64,000 nucleotides of DNA from an uncultured Nitrospinaceae bacterium (GTDB lineage: Bacteria > UBA8248), in contig CAXFSR010000036.1 of NCBI GenBank assembly GCA_964005815.1, positions 57,194 through 121,193 of the forward strand. Direction: 5' to 3'. This document shows positions 51,941 to 61,738 of this stretch, piece after piece (positions within the stretch are counted from its first letter, which is position 1; each line of letters starts with the position of its first letter). The notes under the pieces were generated by a model. The model was given only the letters and a program-made list of their open reading frames with translations. It searched no databases and was not told the origin of the DNA. The translations under genes and the position numbers were made by a program.

Positions 51941-52510
51941 CTAATCTGTTATTCCTTCCAAATCTAGTTTTTCTCCATTCAATTCAATAGTGCTTGTTAG
52001 TGGCACCGACTGCACTATTAGCCCTTCTGCAAAACAACCATTTTTTGCATTTCGAATTAGATGTGCAATTTTATCTTTGGGGGCATTTGACTCTACTTTT
52101 AAATGCGTATCTACTCCTTCCCACTTATTAAAAACTGTACCCTTTAATACCGAACCTCCTAACAATTTACGAAACCTAACCTTCACGCTTGCCTTCTCAA
52201 TTTCAATTTTCATCATATGCGCGTACCGCGCAACCTGAGTTAGAAGTCAAAAACCCGTTCCCATTGCCATATATGACATCGGGGATGGATATTTATCTGT
52301 TCCACCAATTCTTTCTTGTTCATCACAAAATACTTCAAAATGCCTAACGGTCCCTCTTTTAAGTTGCATCTGACCTTCAACTACCTCGGTATAGACTTCG
52401 GAATCTGTAGCTAAACCTTGTGCGGGAAGTTCTGGTTGATCAATAACACGTTTTCCAATCTCACTAGACGTTTCAAATCCATCAATAGGTTTTTCCATTC
52501 TAATCTCCAT
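51941..52510 (-). CDS. Putative selenoprotein: OsmC/Ohr-like, 189 aa
   Basis: Track ORFs 52247-52510 and 51941-52216 share one frame, joined by GTGF-TGA(52249-52247)-LLTQVARYAH; DE..GG.D..PSP before the TGA; second Cys in NGCFAE. Confidence 0.9.
52218..52232 (-). promoter_or_regulatory. Candidate bacterial SECIS hairpin (OsmC)
   Basis: mRNA UGCGCG-GUA-CGCGCA, a GC-rich stem in an AT-rich gene, loop at +20/21 after UGA. Confidence 0.72.
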
Positions 52511-52517
52511 TAAAAAA

Positions 52518-53651
52518 TTATTTCAACTTAGTTTGTAACCAATCAAAAATATAACTAGTCCCTAATATCATATTATCTAATTGACAGTGCTCTGCACCAC
52601 CTTCCTTTTCAGAAAAAATTCGTAATGTTTTATCTGTAGATCCTACTGCCCTAAAATGTTCTAGAGCCTCTCTCATCGGAACCATGTTATCGTTTGCTCC
52701 ATGAGTAAGAAGAAAAGGGCACTTCATTTTATCAACAATCCCTTTTAGGGAAAATTTCTCGAATTCTTCTTGCATTTCTTCTTCAGTTTCTACATTCATA
52801 ATCTCCATATAAGAGTGAGCAGGAACTCCTCTTGTTTTCCAAGTTTTTTGATACTCCCAATTCGCACCCCAAGCTACACAAGCCTTATATCGATGCTCAA
52901 AACTCGCTACCCTAGAGGCATAAAATCCTCCAAGACTTATTCCAAGCACACCAACTTTTTTTGTATTGACATCTTTCCTTGTTGTCAGATAATCAAAAGC
53001 AGCACTTCCGGCTAATTCATAATCATGACGTAAATAAAGCTTTCTAAAGCGGACTGATTCTCCAGTTCCAGGACCATCGAGTACTAGACAATTCATGCCT
53101 CTTCGAACCATATCTTTTACACCACAGATAAATTGGATCTCTTTCGTTACATCCCTTCCATCAAAAAAAACTACTGTAGGACATTTGGATTTCTTCGTAT
53201 TTTCTGCATGTACAAAATATGCAGGTAGTTTTTTTCTGTTTAACGGCACCTCTACCTTTTCTATAAGAGGACGATCAATTAATTTATAATATTTTTTGAA
53301 GGAATCTATAGATTTTTTGTAAATTGACATAGATTTTTCAGTTTTAGGAGAAACTAATCTTTCTCCCATTTGGAAATAGTAACAGGCTCTAAGATAGTGT
53401 GCAGCCGCAGTAAGAAAATGACCTTTATTTTCCTCACTTTTTCCAAGAACAAAAATTTTTTCTCCCATTCTTGACCATTCCTGTAACCAATGAGAATCAT
53501 TCCCAATTTTTTTTGATAAACGACGGCAAACTTGGTCTACTTCTCCAATCTCCGAACCTCCCCATCTAGCGCAAGAAATCATCCAGCAAATTGAACGTGA
53601 CCATCGTAGATCCGAAGGAAAATATGTATACCAACTTGTCTTTTTATTCAA
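52518..53651 (-). CDS. Alpha/beta hydrolase, 2,6-dihydroxypseudooxynicotine hydrolase-like
   Basis: DGPGTGE, GISLGG, HGAND, GAEHCQ. Confidence 0.8.
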   Translation of the reverse strand: MNKKTSWYTYFPSDLRWSRSICWMISCARWGGSEIGEVDQVCRRLSKKIGNDSHWLQEWSRMGEKIFVLGKSEENKGHFLTAAAHYLRACYYFQMGERLVSPKTEKSMSIYKKSIDSFKKYYKLIDRPLIEKVEVPLNRKKLPAYFVHAENTKKSKCPTVVFFDGRDVTKEIQFICGVKDMVRRGMNCLVLDGPGTGESVRFRKLYLRHDYELAGSAAFDYLTTRKDVNTKKVGVLGISLGGFYASRVASFEHRYKACVAWGANWEYQKTWKTRGVPAHSYMEIMNVETEEEMQEEFEKFSLKGIVDKMKCPFLLTHGANDNMVPMREALEHFRAVGSTDKTLRIFSEKEGGAEHCQLDNMILGTSYIFDWLQTKLK

Positions 53652-53695
53652 AATTTAACTCCAAGATAACGCATTAAAAAAACCCAAAATTAATC

Positions 53696-55300
53696 CTATG
53701 ACAATTCAAAACTATGATATCCAGTTAGGGTTTCTCTATCGCATTTTTCTTTATACATAGGGAATCCGCCCACATAAGGCATAAAAACTCTAGGTTTTCC
53801 AGGAATGTTCACACCGAGATACCAAGAAGTACATTTGTAACGAAGTGTTTCTGAAGCCAATGTATTACAATGTTCAACCCAGTTATCTTCGATTTCTTTT
53901 TTTGGTTCAATCATATTTATTTCTTGTTCCCTTAGGAAGACAAGACAATCACATATCCAATCAATATGTTGCTCTATACTAGTCAACATATTGGTTAAAA
54001 CTGATGGACTTTGAGGTCCAGTAATCATAAAAAAATTAGGAAATCCTTCAGTCATTAAACCAAGAAATGTTTTAGGACCTTCACTCCATTTTTCTTGTAT
54101 AGATTTTTCACCTCTTCCACGAATATCAATCTTTAGAATTGCTCCAGTCATTGCATCAAAGCCTGTAGCTAAAACAAGCAAATCAATTTCATACAATTGG
54201 CCAGAAACTATAATCCCTCTTTCAGCAATCTTATCAATTGGACTCTCTTTGATATCAATTAAAGAAACGTTCTCACGATTAAAAGTTGCATAATAATCGG
54301 TATCTACACATAACCTCTTACAACCTATAACAGTTTGAGGCGATAATTTTTCAGCTTTAATAGGATCCTTTACTATTTCCCTGATCTTGGAACGCACAAA
54401 CTCTGCAGCAGTTTCATTCGCATTTTCATCAAATGCTAAATCAGTAAATGCTCCAAAAAAAGGCAATCCTCCATGTTGCCAACGTCTCTCGTATTCTTCA
54501 TTTCTTTCCTCTTCAGATACCTCTAGGGCAGATTTGTCATTATATGTTTGGTAAAAACCAGCGTATAACTCTTTTGCTTTTTGTCTAATCTCGGGATAGT
54601 TACTCTTCACATGATTTGTTCTTTCCTCAGGTATAGGTCCATTATGAGCAGGAATTGCGAAATTCGCAGTCCTCTGAAAAACATAAACATGACCTGCATT
54701 TTTTGACATAACTGGGATAGATTGGATTGCTGAAGAACCTGTACCTATAACTCCTATCTTCTTTCCTTCAAATTCAACATTACTGTGCGGCCAACGTCCA
54801 GTATGATGGATAGACCCCTGAAAATCTTCAAGACCTGTTATTTCTGGATAAAAAGGGGAAGAGAGACATCCGGTTGCCATAACCAGAAAATTCGACTTGA
54901 TTTGAAGATCCTGATCCGTTTCAATAAACCACTGGTTCAATTGTTCTTTAAAAGATGCTGTTGTAACTCTAGTACTAAAAGAAATATCTTTTCGTAAATC
55001 AAAACGTGAAGTTACATGATTGATATAATCTAAGATTTCTGGCTGAGTTGCATATCTTTCAGACCAATTCCATTCTTGTTGTAGTTCATTTGAAAAACTA
55101 TAGGAATACTGCATACTTTCAGTATCACATCTTGCCCCTGGATATCTATTCCAATACCAAGTACCACCAACATCTTTAGCGATCTCTACTACTCTCGCCG
55201 AAAATCCTCTTTCTCTTAAATGGTATAGAAGAGACAAACCTGAAAAACCAGCTCCAACAATGGCAACATCAAAACTAAGACAAACATTTTTTTTATGCAA
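53696..55300 (-). CDS. Type I Baeyer-Villiger monooxygenase
   Basis: GAGFSG, WNRYPG, fingerprint FQGSIHHTGRWP, GTGSSA, ATGFDA. Confidence 0.95.
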   Translation of the reverse strand: MHKKNVCLSFDVAIVGAGFSGLSLLYHLRERGFSARVVEIAKDVGGTWYWNRYPGARCDTESMQYSYSFSNELQQEWNWSERYATQPEILDYINHVTSRFDLRKDISFSTRVTTASFKEQLNQWFIETDQDLQIKSNFLVMATGCLSSPFYPEITGLEDFQGSIHHTGRWPHSNVEFEGKKIGVIGTGSSAIQSIPVMSKNAGHVYVFQRTANFAIPAHNGPIPEERTNHVKSNYPEIRQKAKELYAGFYQTYNDKSALEVSEEERNEEYERRWQHGGLPFFGAFTDLAFDENANETAAEFVRSKIREIVKDPIKAEKLSPQTVIGCKRLCVDTDYYATFNRENVSLIDIKESPIDKIAERGIIVSGQLYEIDLLVLATGFDAMTGAILKIDIRGRGEKSIQEKWSEGPKTFLGLMTEGFPNFFMITGPQSPSVLTNMLTSIEQHIDWICDCLVFLREQEINMIEPKKEIEDNWVEHCNTLASETLRYKCTSWYLGVNIPGKPRVFMPYVGGFPMYKEKCDRETLTGYHSFELS

Positions 55301-55337
55301 CAGAACTCGTCCTTGTTTTATATAGAAATTCAGTTTA

Positions 55338-56258
55338 TCAAATTTTTGTTATTTTAGCAGAATCTTTCACTCCAGGTGCAGGTGCTGGACCTGAACTAGT
55401 TTCAGAATTTGAAGAATCAATATTCGATTTAAAACCTTCTGCATAAAATCCAGTCTTGCCAATTCCTTCTATTTGAATTTCTAAAAAATCTCCATCAACT
55501 ATTGGCTTCCTGCCTTCATGGTATGTTCCTGTAGCGATGACATCACCAGTTCGTAATTCAACAAAACGGCTTGCCCATGCAACTAAATCTGGAATCTTAT
55601 GCGCCATATGCTCAGTACTATAATCCTGAGCGATTTGACCATTGACCCAAGATTTCACATTCAATTTATGTGGATTAGAAATCTCATCTTTAGTAACAAT
55701 CCAAGGCCCACAAGGCCCGTGTGAAGCCTGTCCTTTTGTCAAAAATCGGGTGTAACGTGTAATTCCTCGCACTGAAATATCAAAAAAAGGAACGTATCCA
55801 AATACATAATCCATCGCATCTTTTACATTTACATCTTTAGCGTTTTTTTTCATAACAAATGCCAATTCAGCTTCAGGTTGAAATTCGGAAACCTCGGGAA
55901 TATCCACTAATTTTATAGTTCCACCTGGTCCAAGCAAAGCATTGTCTTTATAGAAAAATTCTAATGGAAGCATCTCAACTGTTCTACCTAAATCCAGATA
56001 GTTTAGAAAAGCACCTATACATTTACTCGGTCTAGGAACTGGGACAAGAATATCTATTTCATTAAGAGGTCTTCCTTCTTTCTTATTTACAAGACTCTCA
56101 ATTTCTTCCCGTAGATTATCATAATTAGAAATCACTTCTTCTATAACAGCTTGAGATCCTTTAATTTCACGATCTTGAATTATTTCACTAACATCAACAA
56201 CAAAATTTTCATTCTTGATAATTCCAATTCTATCTTTGTCAAAACGAAGTATTTTCAT
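55338..56258 (-). CDS. Fumarylacetoacetate hydrolase family protein
   Basis: EAEL, DISVR, KG, GPW, GDVIATGT. Confidence 0.9.
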   Translation of the reverse strand: MKILRFDKDRIGIIKNENFVVDVSEIIQDREIKGSQAVIEEVISNYDNLREEIESLVNKKEGRPLNEIDILVPVPRPSKCIGAFLNYLDLGRTVEMLPLEFFYKDNALLGPGGTIKLVDIPEVSEFQPEAELAFVMKKNAKDVNVKDAMDYVFGYVPFFDISVRGITRYTRFLTKGQASHGPCGPWIVTKDEISNPHKLNVKSWVNGQIAQDYSTEHMAHKIPDLVAWASRFVELRTGDVIATGTYHEGRKPIVDGDFLEIQIEGIGKTGFYAEGFKSNIDSSNSETSSGPAPAPGVKDSAKITKI

Positions 56259-56464
56259 TTTTTCACCTATTAATTTAAAAAAACAATAATAATCCTTTAA
56301 CCAGAATTTATAATGAAAGAAAAATTCCTTTATAGTAGGTAGTTTTATAAAGTGCTTACAAGTAATATATATAACACTTACTACTTTTCAAAACATAAAT
56401 GTCTTTTGAATAGCGTTGCAAGTATGCAATTATTTAAAAAGTAAAATTCATCGAAAGGAAAGTA

Positions 56465-58138
56465 ATGGAACAGAAGAAAATGCATGCAGGACAAGCAGTT
56501 GTTCACGCTTTGATTCAAGAAAATGTAGAAAAAATATTTTGTTTGCCTGGTTCGCATGTTCTTAATTTTTATGACGGCCTGCGTGAAGCTCCTTCTATAG
56601 AAGTTATTACCTGTAAAATGGAACCTAACGTCACACTTATGGCTGATGCTTATGGAAGACTTACAGGGGAACCCGGAGTATGCTTACTTACCGCAGGTCC
56701 TGGTGTTTGTAATTCTATAGCAGGTCTTGCACAAGCTTATGGTGCTGCCTCTCCAGTTATTCACATAACAGGAGCAGTACCGCTAAATGCTTCCAGAGAG
56801 GCTTTCCATGGAGTAGACAAACCAGAATTCACTGTAGAAATGTGCGAAAACGTTACTAAATGGAGTGTTCGTGTCGAAAAATTGGAGGATATTCCTGAAA
56901 TCATGGCTAAAGCCTTTCAAGTCAGTAAAAGTGGAAGGCCTGGACCCGTACACGTTGAGTTTCCGAGACTTTCTGATTACTCGCCACATATACTTCAAGA
57001 AAAACCTATTTCCTTCCCTACTTACAAACAAAAACCTGTAGAAGTTATCGAACCTTCTAATGAAGATATAGAACAAATCGCAATTCGTCTTTTAAATGCA
57101 AAATTTCCGATTATTGCGGCTGGAAAAGGAGTCATAAGAAAAAAAGCAACAAAAGAATTAGAAGAAATATCGAATATTTTATCTGCACCTATAGTTTATC
57201 CTCAAGATTCAATGGGCGTTGTTTCAGACGATCACCCTTTTTCTGCAGGACATTTTATTGACAATAGAACTGACCCTAGATTTAGATATGTGATTGAAGA
57301 AACAGATCTAATCTTTTCAATCGGATTAAGAGCATCAACAGCAGAAACTGTTTTTTTAGAAAAATATAATCAAAAAGAAAATATCCTGGTTGGTTTTGAT
57401 GATGAAGAAGATAAAAATTATTCTAAAAAAGACGAAATTGTTGCAGATCCAAAACTCTTTCTAACCGCTTTACTTGAAAGACTCAGAAAAGAAAATAGAA
57501 GCACAAATGAAAAAATAAAATCTAAAATAGCAGAAATTAAAGAGGATTTTAAAAAATCAGTAACAAATCATCTCGAAGGAGTACGTAACAATATTCCTTT
57601 ACACACTGGATTCATTGTCGAAACAATAGTTGATTCCATTAAAAAGGACGCAATTGTCGTCACCGACGTTGGGAATAGTCAAATGTGGGGAAGATATTAC
57701 TTTCCACTAAATCATACAGAATCTTATATGCAGTCTGGAGTATGGAATGCAATGTCCTTTTGCTTACCAACTGCCTTCGTAGCAAAACTAGAACACCCTG
57801 ATAGGCAAGTCATTGGTATTGCAGGAGATGGAGCTTTCTTGATGACTATTGGTGATTTTGTTACTGCATGTGAGTACGGTGTTAATGCTGTTTTTGTTGT
57901 CTTTAATGATGGAGCTTTTTCCCAAATGATTGGACAACAAAACAATCTATATGGAACTGCGTATGGTTGTGATTTTCAAAGTCCAGATTTTGCAGAAATT
58001 GCAAATGCCTGTGGTGGTATTGGATTTCGAGTTGAAAAACCAGATCAATTAAAACCTTCCCTAAAAAAAGCTTTAGATTCGGATGTGCCTACAATTGTTG
58101 ATGTTTTGACTTCATTTCACCCTACCCCACCATACTAA
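56465..58138 (+). CDS. Thiamine-diphosphate-dependent enzyme (acetolactate synthase-like)
   Basis: LPG, MADAYGR, GPG, GRPGPV, GDGAF...N. Confidence 0.9.
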   Translation: MEQKKMHAGQAVVHALIQENVEKIFCLPGSHVLNFYDGLREAPSIEVITCKMEPNVTLMADAYGRLTGEPGVCLLTAGPGVCNSIAGLAQAYGAASPVIHITGAVPLNASREAFHGVDKPEFTVEMCENVTKWSVRVEKLEDIPEIMAKAFQVSKSGRPGPVHVEFPRLSDYSPHILQEKPISFPTYKQKPVEVIEPSNEDIEQIAIRLLNAKFPIIAAGKGVIRKKATKELEEISNILSAPIVYPQDSMGVVSDDHPFSAGHFIDNRTDPRFRYVIEETDLIFSIGLRASTAETVFLEKYNQKENILVGFDDEEDKNYSKKDEIVADPKLFLTALLERLRKENRSTNEKIKSKIAEIKEDFKKSVTNHLEGVRNNIPLHTGFIVETIVDSIKKDAIVVTDVGNSQMWGRYYFPLNHTESYMQSGVWNAMSFCLPTAFVAKLEHPDRQVIGIAGDGAFLMTIGDFVTACEYGVNAVFVVFNDGAFSQMIGQQNNLYGTAYGCDFQSPDFAEIANACGGIGFRVEKPDQLKPSLKKALDSDVPTIVDVLTSFHPTPPY

Positions 58139-58199
58139 ATTACAAGAAAATTGTAATTAGCATTAATTTGGAGAAATTTATCTTGAAGTTACTTTCGTA

Positions 58200-59069
58200 A
58201 TGGGAATCGGTGAACTTATGGCTGCGAGTTCTGCAATTATTGCGGCACTTGCGCATATAAGTATAAGGCAAGGGATGAGAACTGCTTCACCTCTTTTGGC
58301 TGCATTGATTGTAAATACTGTTGTTTCAACCGGGGGTCTTACCGTCTGTTTCTATCAAGATTCTTTTAGTGAATTATCATTAAAAACGGTTATTTGGTTT
58401 GTAGCAATGGGAATAGCAGGACCCGGGTTCGGACGTATAATGAGACTGATTGGAATTAATAAAGTAGGGTTAAATCCTTCCGTAACTATTTCTGCTATCA
58501 CTCCATTCTGGGTTACATTTATCGCTATTTTCATTTTAAGAGAAAATCCAACATTTTGGGACATTTTAGGAACAATCTCTATAGTGAGTGGAGTCATTAT
58601 TCTTAGCGTAAGATTTAACTCCACAAAAAAAATTTCTGATTGGTTTCAAAAAGGAGTCATTTTTCCAATTCTTGCATCCATCGCCTATGCACTTGCTCCA
58701 GTTTTTGCGAAGCTCGCGTTAAACGAACAGAAAATACCAATGGCTGGATTAGGAATTGGATTTCTTGTGGGTAATATTTTTCTTCTCTTATGTAGTCCTA
58801 TTTTAAAGCAAAATGTTTCTGTTAGAAATAGACCAGATATAGGTTGGATTTTGTTAAGTGGTATTTTTAATTTCTGTAGTTCTTCTCTTTTAATCAATGC
58901 AATTATGATTTCCCCCGTGTCTATAGCAATTCCTCTGAGTAGAACTGCCCCCATTTGGCTTCTAATCTTTAGTTATCTTTTCCTATGGAAACTTGAAAAA
59001 ATTACCAAACAAATTGTGATGGCAACGGTTTTAATAGTCTTAGGAGGCATTTTTATTACTACTTTATAA
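58200..59069 (+). CDS. DMT/EamA family transporter
   Basis: About 10 TM, EamA repeats. Confidence 0.86.
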   Translation: MGIGELMAASSAIIAALAHISIRQGMRTASPLLAALIVNTVVSTGGLTVCFYQDSFSELSLKTVIWFVAMGIAGPGFGRIMRLIGINKVGLNPSVTISAITPFWVTFIAIFILRENPTFWDILGTISIVSGVIILSVRFNSTKKISDWFQKGVIFPILASIAYALAPVFAKLALNEQKIPMAGLGIGFLVGNIFLLLCSPILKQNVSVRNRPDIGWILLSGIFNFCSSSLLINAIMISPVSIAIPLSRTAPIWLLIFSYLFLWKLEKITKQIVMATVLIVLGGIFITTL

Positions 59070-59183
59070 ATAAAAGAAAACATTTTATTCCATAGAGTAA
59101 ACATATAGACTTCATCGTTTTTACATTAAGTGATATTTTATTTGATATTTTTTACAACCAATTCAAAATAAGGAATAAAATAA

Positions 59184-59564
59184 ATGTCTGTGTATAAATT
59201 TGAGGATCTGAAAAGCACACATCAAAATCCTAAACTATCTTCTGGATTCGGTGAAACGATAAAAGGCAAAAAGATGTATTTTTGTCACCGAATCTGGCCG
59301 ACAGGAACGGAAGCAAAACCACACTTTCACCCATGCGAACAATTTATTTACATTTTAAAGGGCAGACAAAGCTTGATTTTGGGGGATGAAGAATTCGAAG
59401 TTGGCCCCGGAGAAGTAATTCACGTACCTCCCAATACAGTACACTCCACTAGAATTATAGAAGAAGTTGAAGCAATATACGTAAAAGATACCACATGGAG
59501 TTTAAAAGGCGTTGCAGCAGGTGATGAAATCCCTAGTTCTCCTCCAGAAGACGAACCTTTTTAA
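59184..59564 (+). CDS. Cupin domain protein
   Basis: PHFHPCEQ...PPNTVH. Confidence 0.9.
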   Translation: MSVYKFEDLKSTHQNPKLSSGFGETIKGKKMYFCHRIWPTGTEAKPHFHPCEQFIYILKGRQSLILGDEEFEVGPGEVIHVPPNTVHSTRIIEEVEAIYVKDTTWSLKGVAAGDEIPSSPPEDEPF

Positions 59565-59586
59565 TAATTTTTTATGAAAGGTCAAA

Positions 59587-60738
59587 ATGGTTAAAACTAT
59601 AGGAATAATTTTAAATGGTGCAACTGGTCGAATCTGCTCTACGCAACACTTAGAGAATTCTTTAATTCCAATGAGAGAAAATAAAGACCTTCTTGTAAAT
59701 GGAGAAATTGTAATTCCTGATCTTTTGCTGCTTGGAAGAAATGAAAAAAAACTCTCTGAAATCGCAAATAAATTCCAAATTACAAATTGGACTACAGACC
59801 TAAATTCAGCACTCGCAAATGAGAACTATCCTATTTTCTTTGATGCAGCATCTACACATCTGCGTCTTAATCTTCTTAAGAATGCTATAGACGCAGGAAA
59901 ACACATCTATACTGAAAAACCACTTGCACCGTCCGTGGAAGAAGGAAAAACTCTTTTACAAACAGTTTCTTCAAAAAATTTAAAACATGGTGTGGTAGAA
60001 GACAAACTTTTTGTTCCTGGACTCCGTAAAATGAATCATTTAATAAAAGAAGATTTTTTCGGAAGAATAGTAAATTTCAATCTCACTTTTGGATGGTGGG
60101 TCTTTGACGGATCTTCACAAAAATCTCAAAGACCAAGTTGGAATTATAAAAAATCAGGCGGAGGTGGTTTGCTCTTTGATATGTACCCTCATTGGAGATA
60201 TGTTATAGAGGGACTTCTTGGACCAATTAAAAGAGTTGTTTCTGCAAATTGGACTGCACAACCAAAAAGAATAGATGAAGAAGAGATTACTTATAAGGTT
60301 GATGTAGAAGATTCCAGTGCTACAATCTTAGAATTAGACTCAGGAGCATTCGGAACCATTCAAAGTAGTTGGGCTACAAGAGTGAGAGTAGAGGACCTTT
60401 TCACTCTGCAAATTGATGGCACTGAGGGTTCCGGGTACTCTACTCTTCGAAACTGCTGGACCCAACGAGCCTCTTCAACTCCAAGAATCACTGGGTTCAA
60501 CCTTGGTGGAGATAAAACTACTTTAGAATTTAAAACAAATTATCTGAAAGACTGGGAAGAGGTTCCTGAAATTGCCCCTTATAAAAACCCTTATCGTTTT
60601 GGTTGGGAAAGTTTTATTGAACATGTTCTTACTGATTCACCTTTTATCTCTAATTTCTCTGCAGGAATTAGAGATATAGAGCTTTCAGAAGCCTGTCTTA
60701 AAAGTGGTTCTACCAGTTCGTGGATCTCAATGACATAA
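59587..60738 (+). CDS. Gfo/Idh/MocA oxidoreductase
   Basis: NGATG, TEKP, RPSWNY, DMYPHW. Confidence 0.9.
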   Translation: MVKTIGIILNGATGRICSTQHLENSLIPMRENKDLLVNGEIVIPDLLLLGRNEKKLSEIANKFQITNWTTDLNSALANENYPIFFDAASTHLRLNLLKNAIDAGKHIYTEKPLAPSVEEGKTLLQTVSSKNLKHGVVEDKLFVPGLRKMNHLIKEDFFGRIVNFNLTFGWWVFDGSSQKSQRPSWNYKKSGGGGLLFDMYPHWRYVIEGLLGPIKRVVSANWTAQPKRIDEEEITYKVDVEDSSATILELDSGAFGTIQSSWATRVRVEDLFTLQIDGTEGSGYSTLRNCWTQRASSTPRITGFNLGGDKTTLEFKTNYLKDWEEVPEIAPYKNPYRFGWESFIEHVLTDSPFISNFSAGIRDIELSEACLKSGSTSSWISMT

Positions 60739-60811
60739 AATCAAAAAAAATAAATAAATCAGGTTACTTAAGCTAATATAAATACAATATACTCAGAAAG
60801 ATTACATACTT

Positions 60812-61735
60812 TTGATATCTAATCCTTTGAAAAAGGTAAATATTTTGGAAAAGAACATTTCTTCTGTTGAGAAATCTATTACAGATTTAGGAAATGGTAA
60901 GGCATTCGCGCTTCACAATATTTTACAACTAGATGGAAGGGTTAGCGCATACCCTAAAAGTACAAGAGGCTTTTCTTCTATGAATTGTTATCTACTTTGT
61001 GAAAACAATGCTGCTATACTATTAGACACAGGGTTTAACGGTCAATTAGATCTTCTGTCAAAGCAAATCTCTTCAGTTATTACACAAGACACTCCGTTGT
61101 CAATTTATCCTCTTCGTCAAAATGAATTCATGTCTGTAGGGAATATAGTTGCGCTAGCTAATCGATTTAATGTGGTGGAAGCTTTTTCAAATCGACCTAA
61201 TATTGATTTCTGGTTTGATTTTGAATTGGAGGATTTTATCCCGAAAGAAGAAAAGGACAAGAAGTTCACAACATCTAAACTCGGAACTGAGTTAAAAATA
61301 AATATTGGAGGTAATCCAGACAGGTTAATTCATGGCATCTTTGCTCCTATTAGACTTATTACAACAATGTGGATTTTTGATCAGGCAACAAAAACTTTAT
61401 TTTCTTCCGATATGTTTAGTCATATTTCAAAGAGCAATCCAGATGGACCGTGGATTTCTGACAAGGACGAACTATCTACCACATCTTTTGTTCGCTCTTT
61501 TCTTTTAAATACACGATATTGGTGGCTAGAGGGTGTAGATACAGGTCCTTTAAGAGAAGGTATATCTGAAGTCTTTAACAAGTTTGACATACATTCAATT
61601 GCACCTGGTTATGGCACTATACTAACTGGGAAAGAACAAGTAGAAAAACAATTCAAAATACTTGATGAAGTTTTAAGAGAATTAGATTCCTCTGTTGTTA
61701 AAGCTAGTTATGTTCCCAGAAATTTAGAAAGGTAA
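60812..61735 (+). CDS. MBL-fold protein with degenerate metal motifs
   Basis: NCYLL..LLDTG, LFSSDMF, IAPGYG; no HxHxDH/HxExxH. Confidence 0.72.
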   Translation: MISNPLKKVNILEKNISSVEKSITDLGNGKAFALHNILQLDGRVSAYPKSTRGFSSMNCYLLCENNAAILLDTGFNGQLDLLSKQISSVITQDTPLSIYPLRQNEFMSVGNIVALANRFNVVEAFSNRPNIDFWFDFELEDFIPKEEKDKKFTTSKLGTELKINIGGNPDRLIHGIFAPIRLITTMWIFDQATKTLFSSDMFSHISKSNPDGPWISDKDELSTTSFVRSFLLNTRYWWLEGVDTGPLREGISEVFNKFDIHSIAPGYGTILTGKEQVEKQFKILDEVLRELDSSVVKASYVPRNLER

Positions 61736-61738
61736 ATA

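Noticed and set aside
45974..52510. Pseudogene interpretation of the split CMD and OsmC genes
   Set aside because: Each has one TGA at a catalytic column, no frameshifts, an intact SD and a downstream hairpin; recoding is more parsimonious.
58138..58158. Inverted repeat AATTACAA-N5-TTGTAATT (also TTGCA-N4-TGCAA at 56416-56429)
   Set aside because: AT-rich, single occurrences, no U-tract and no regulator nearby; compatible with chance.
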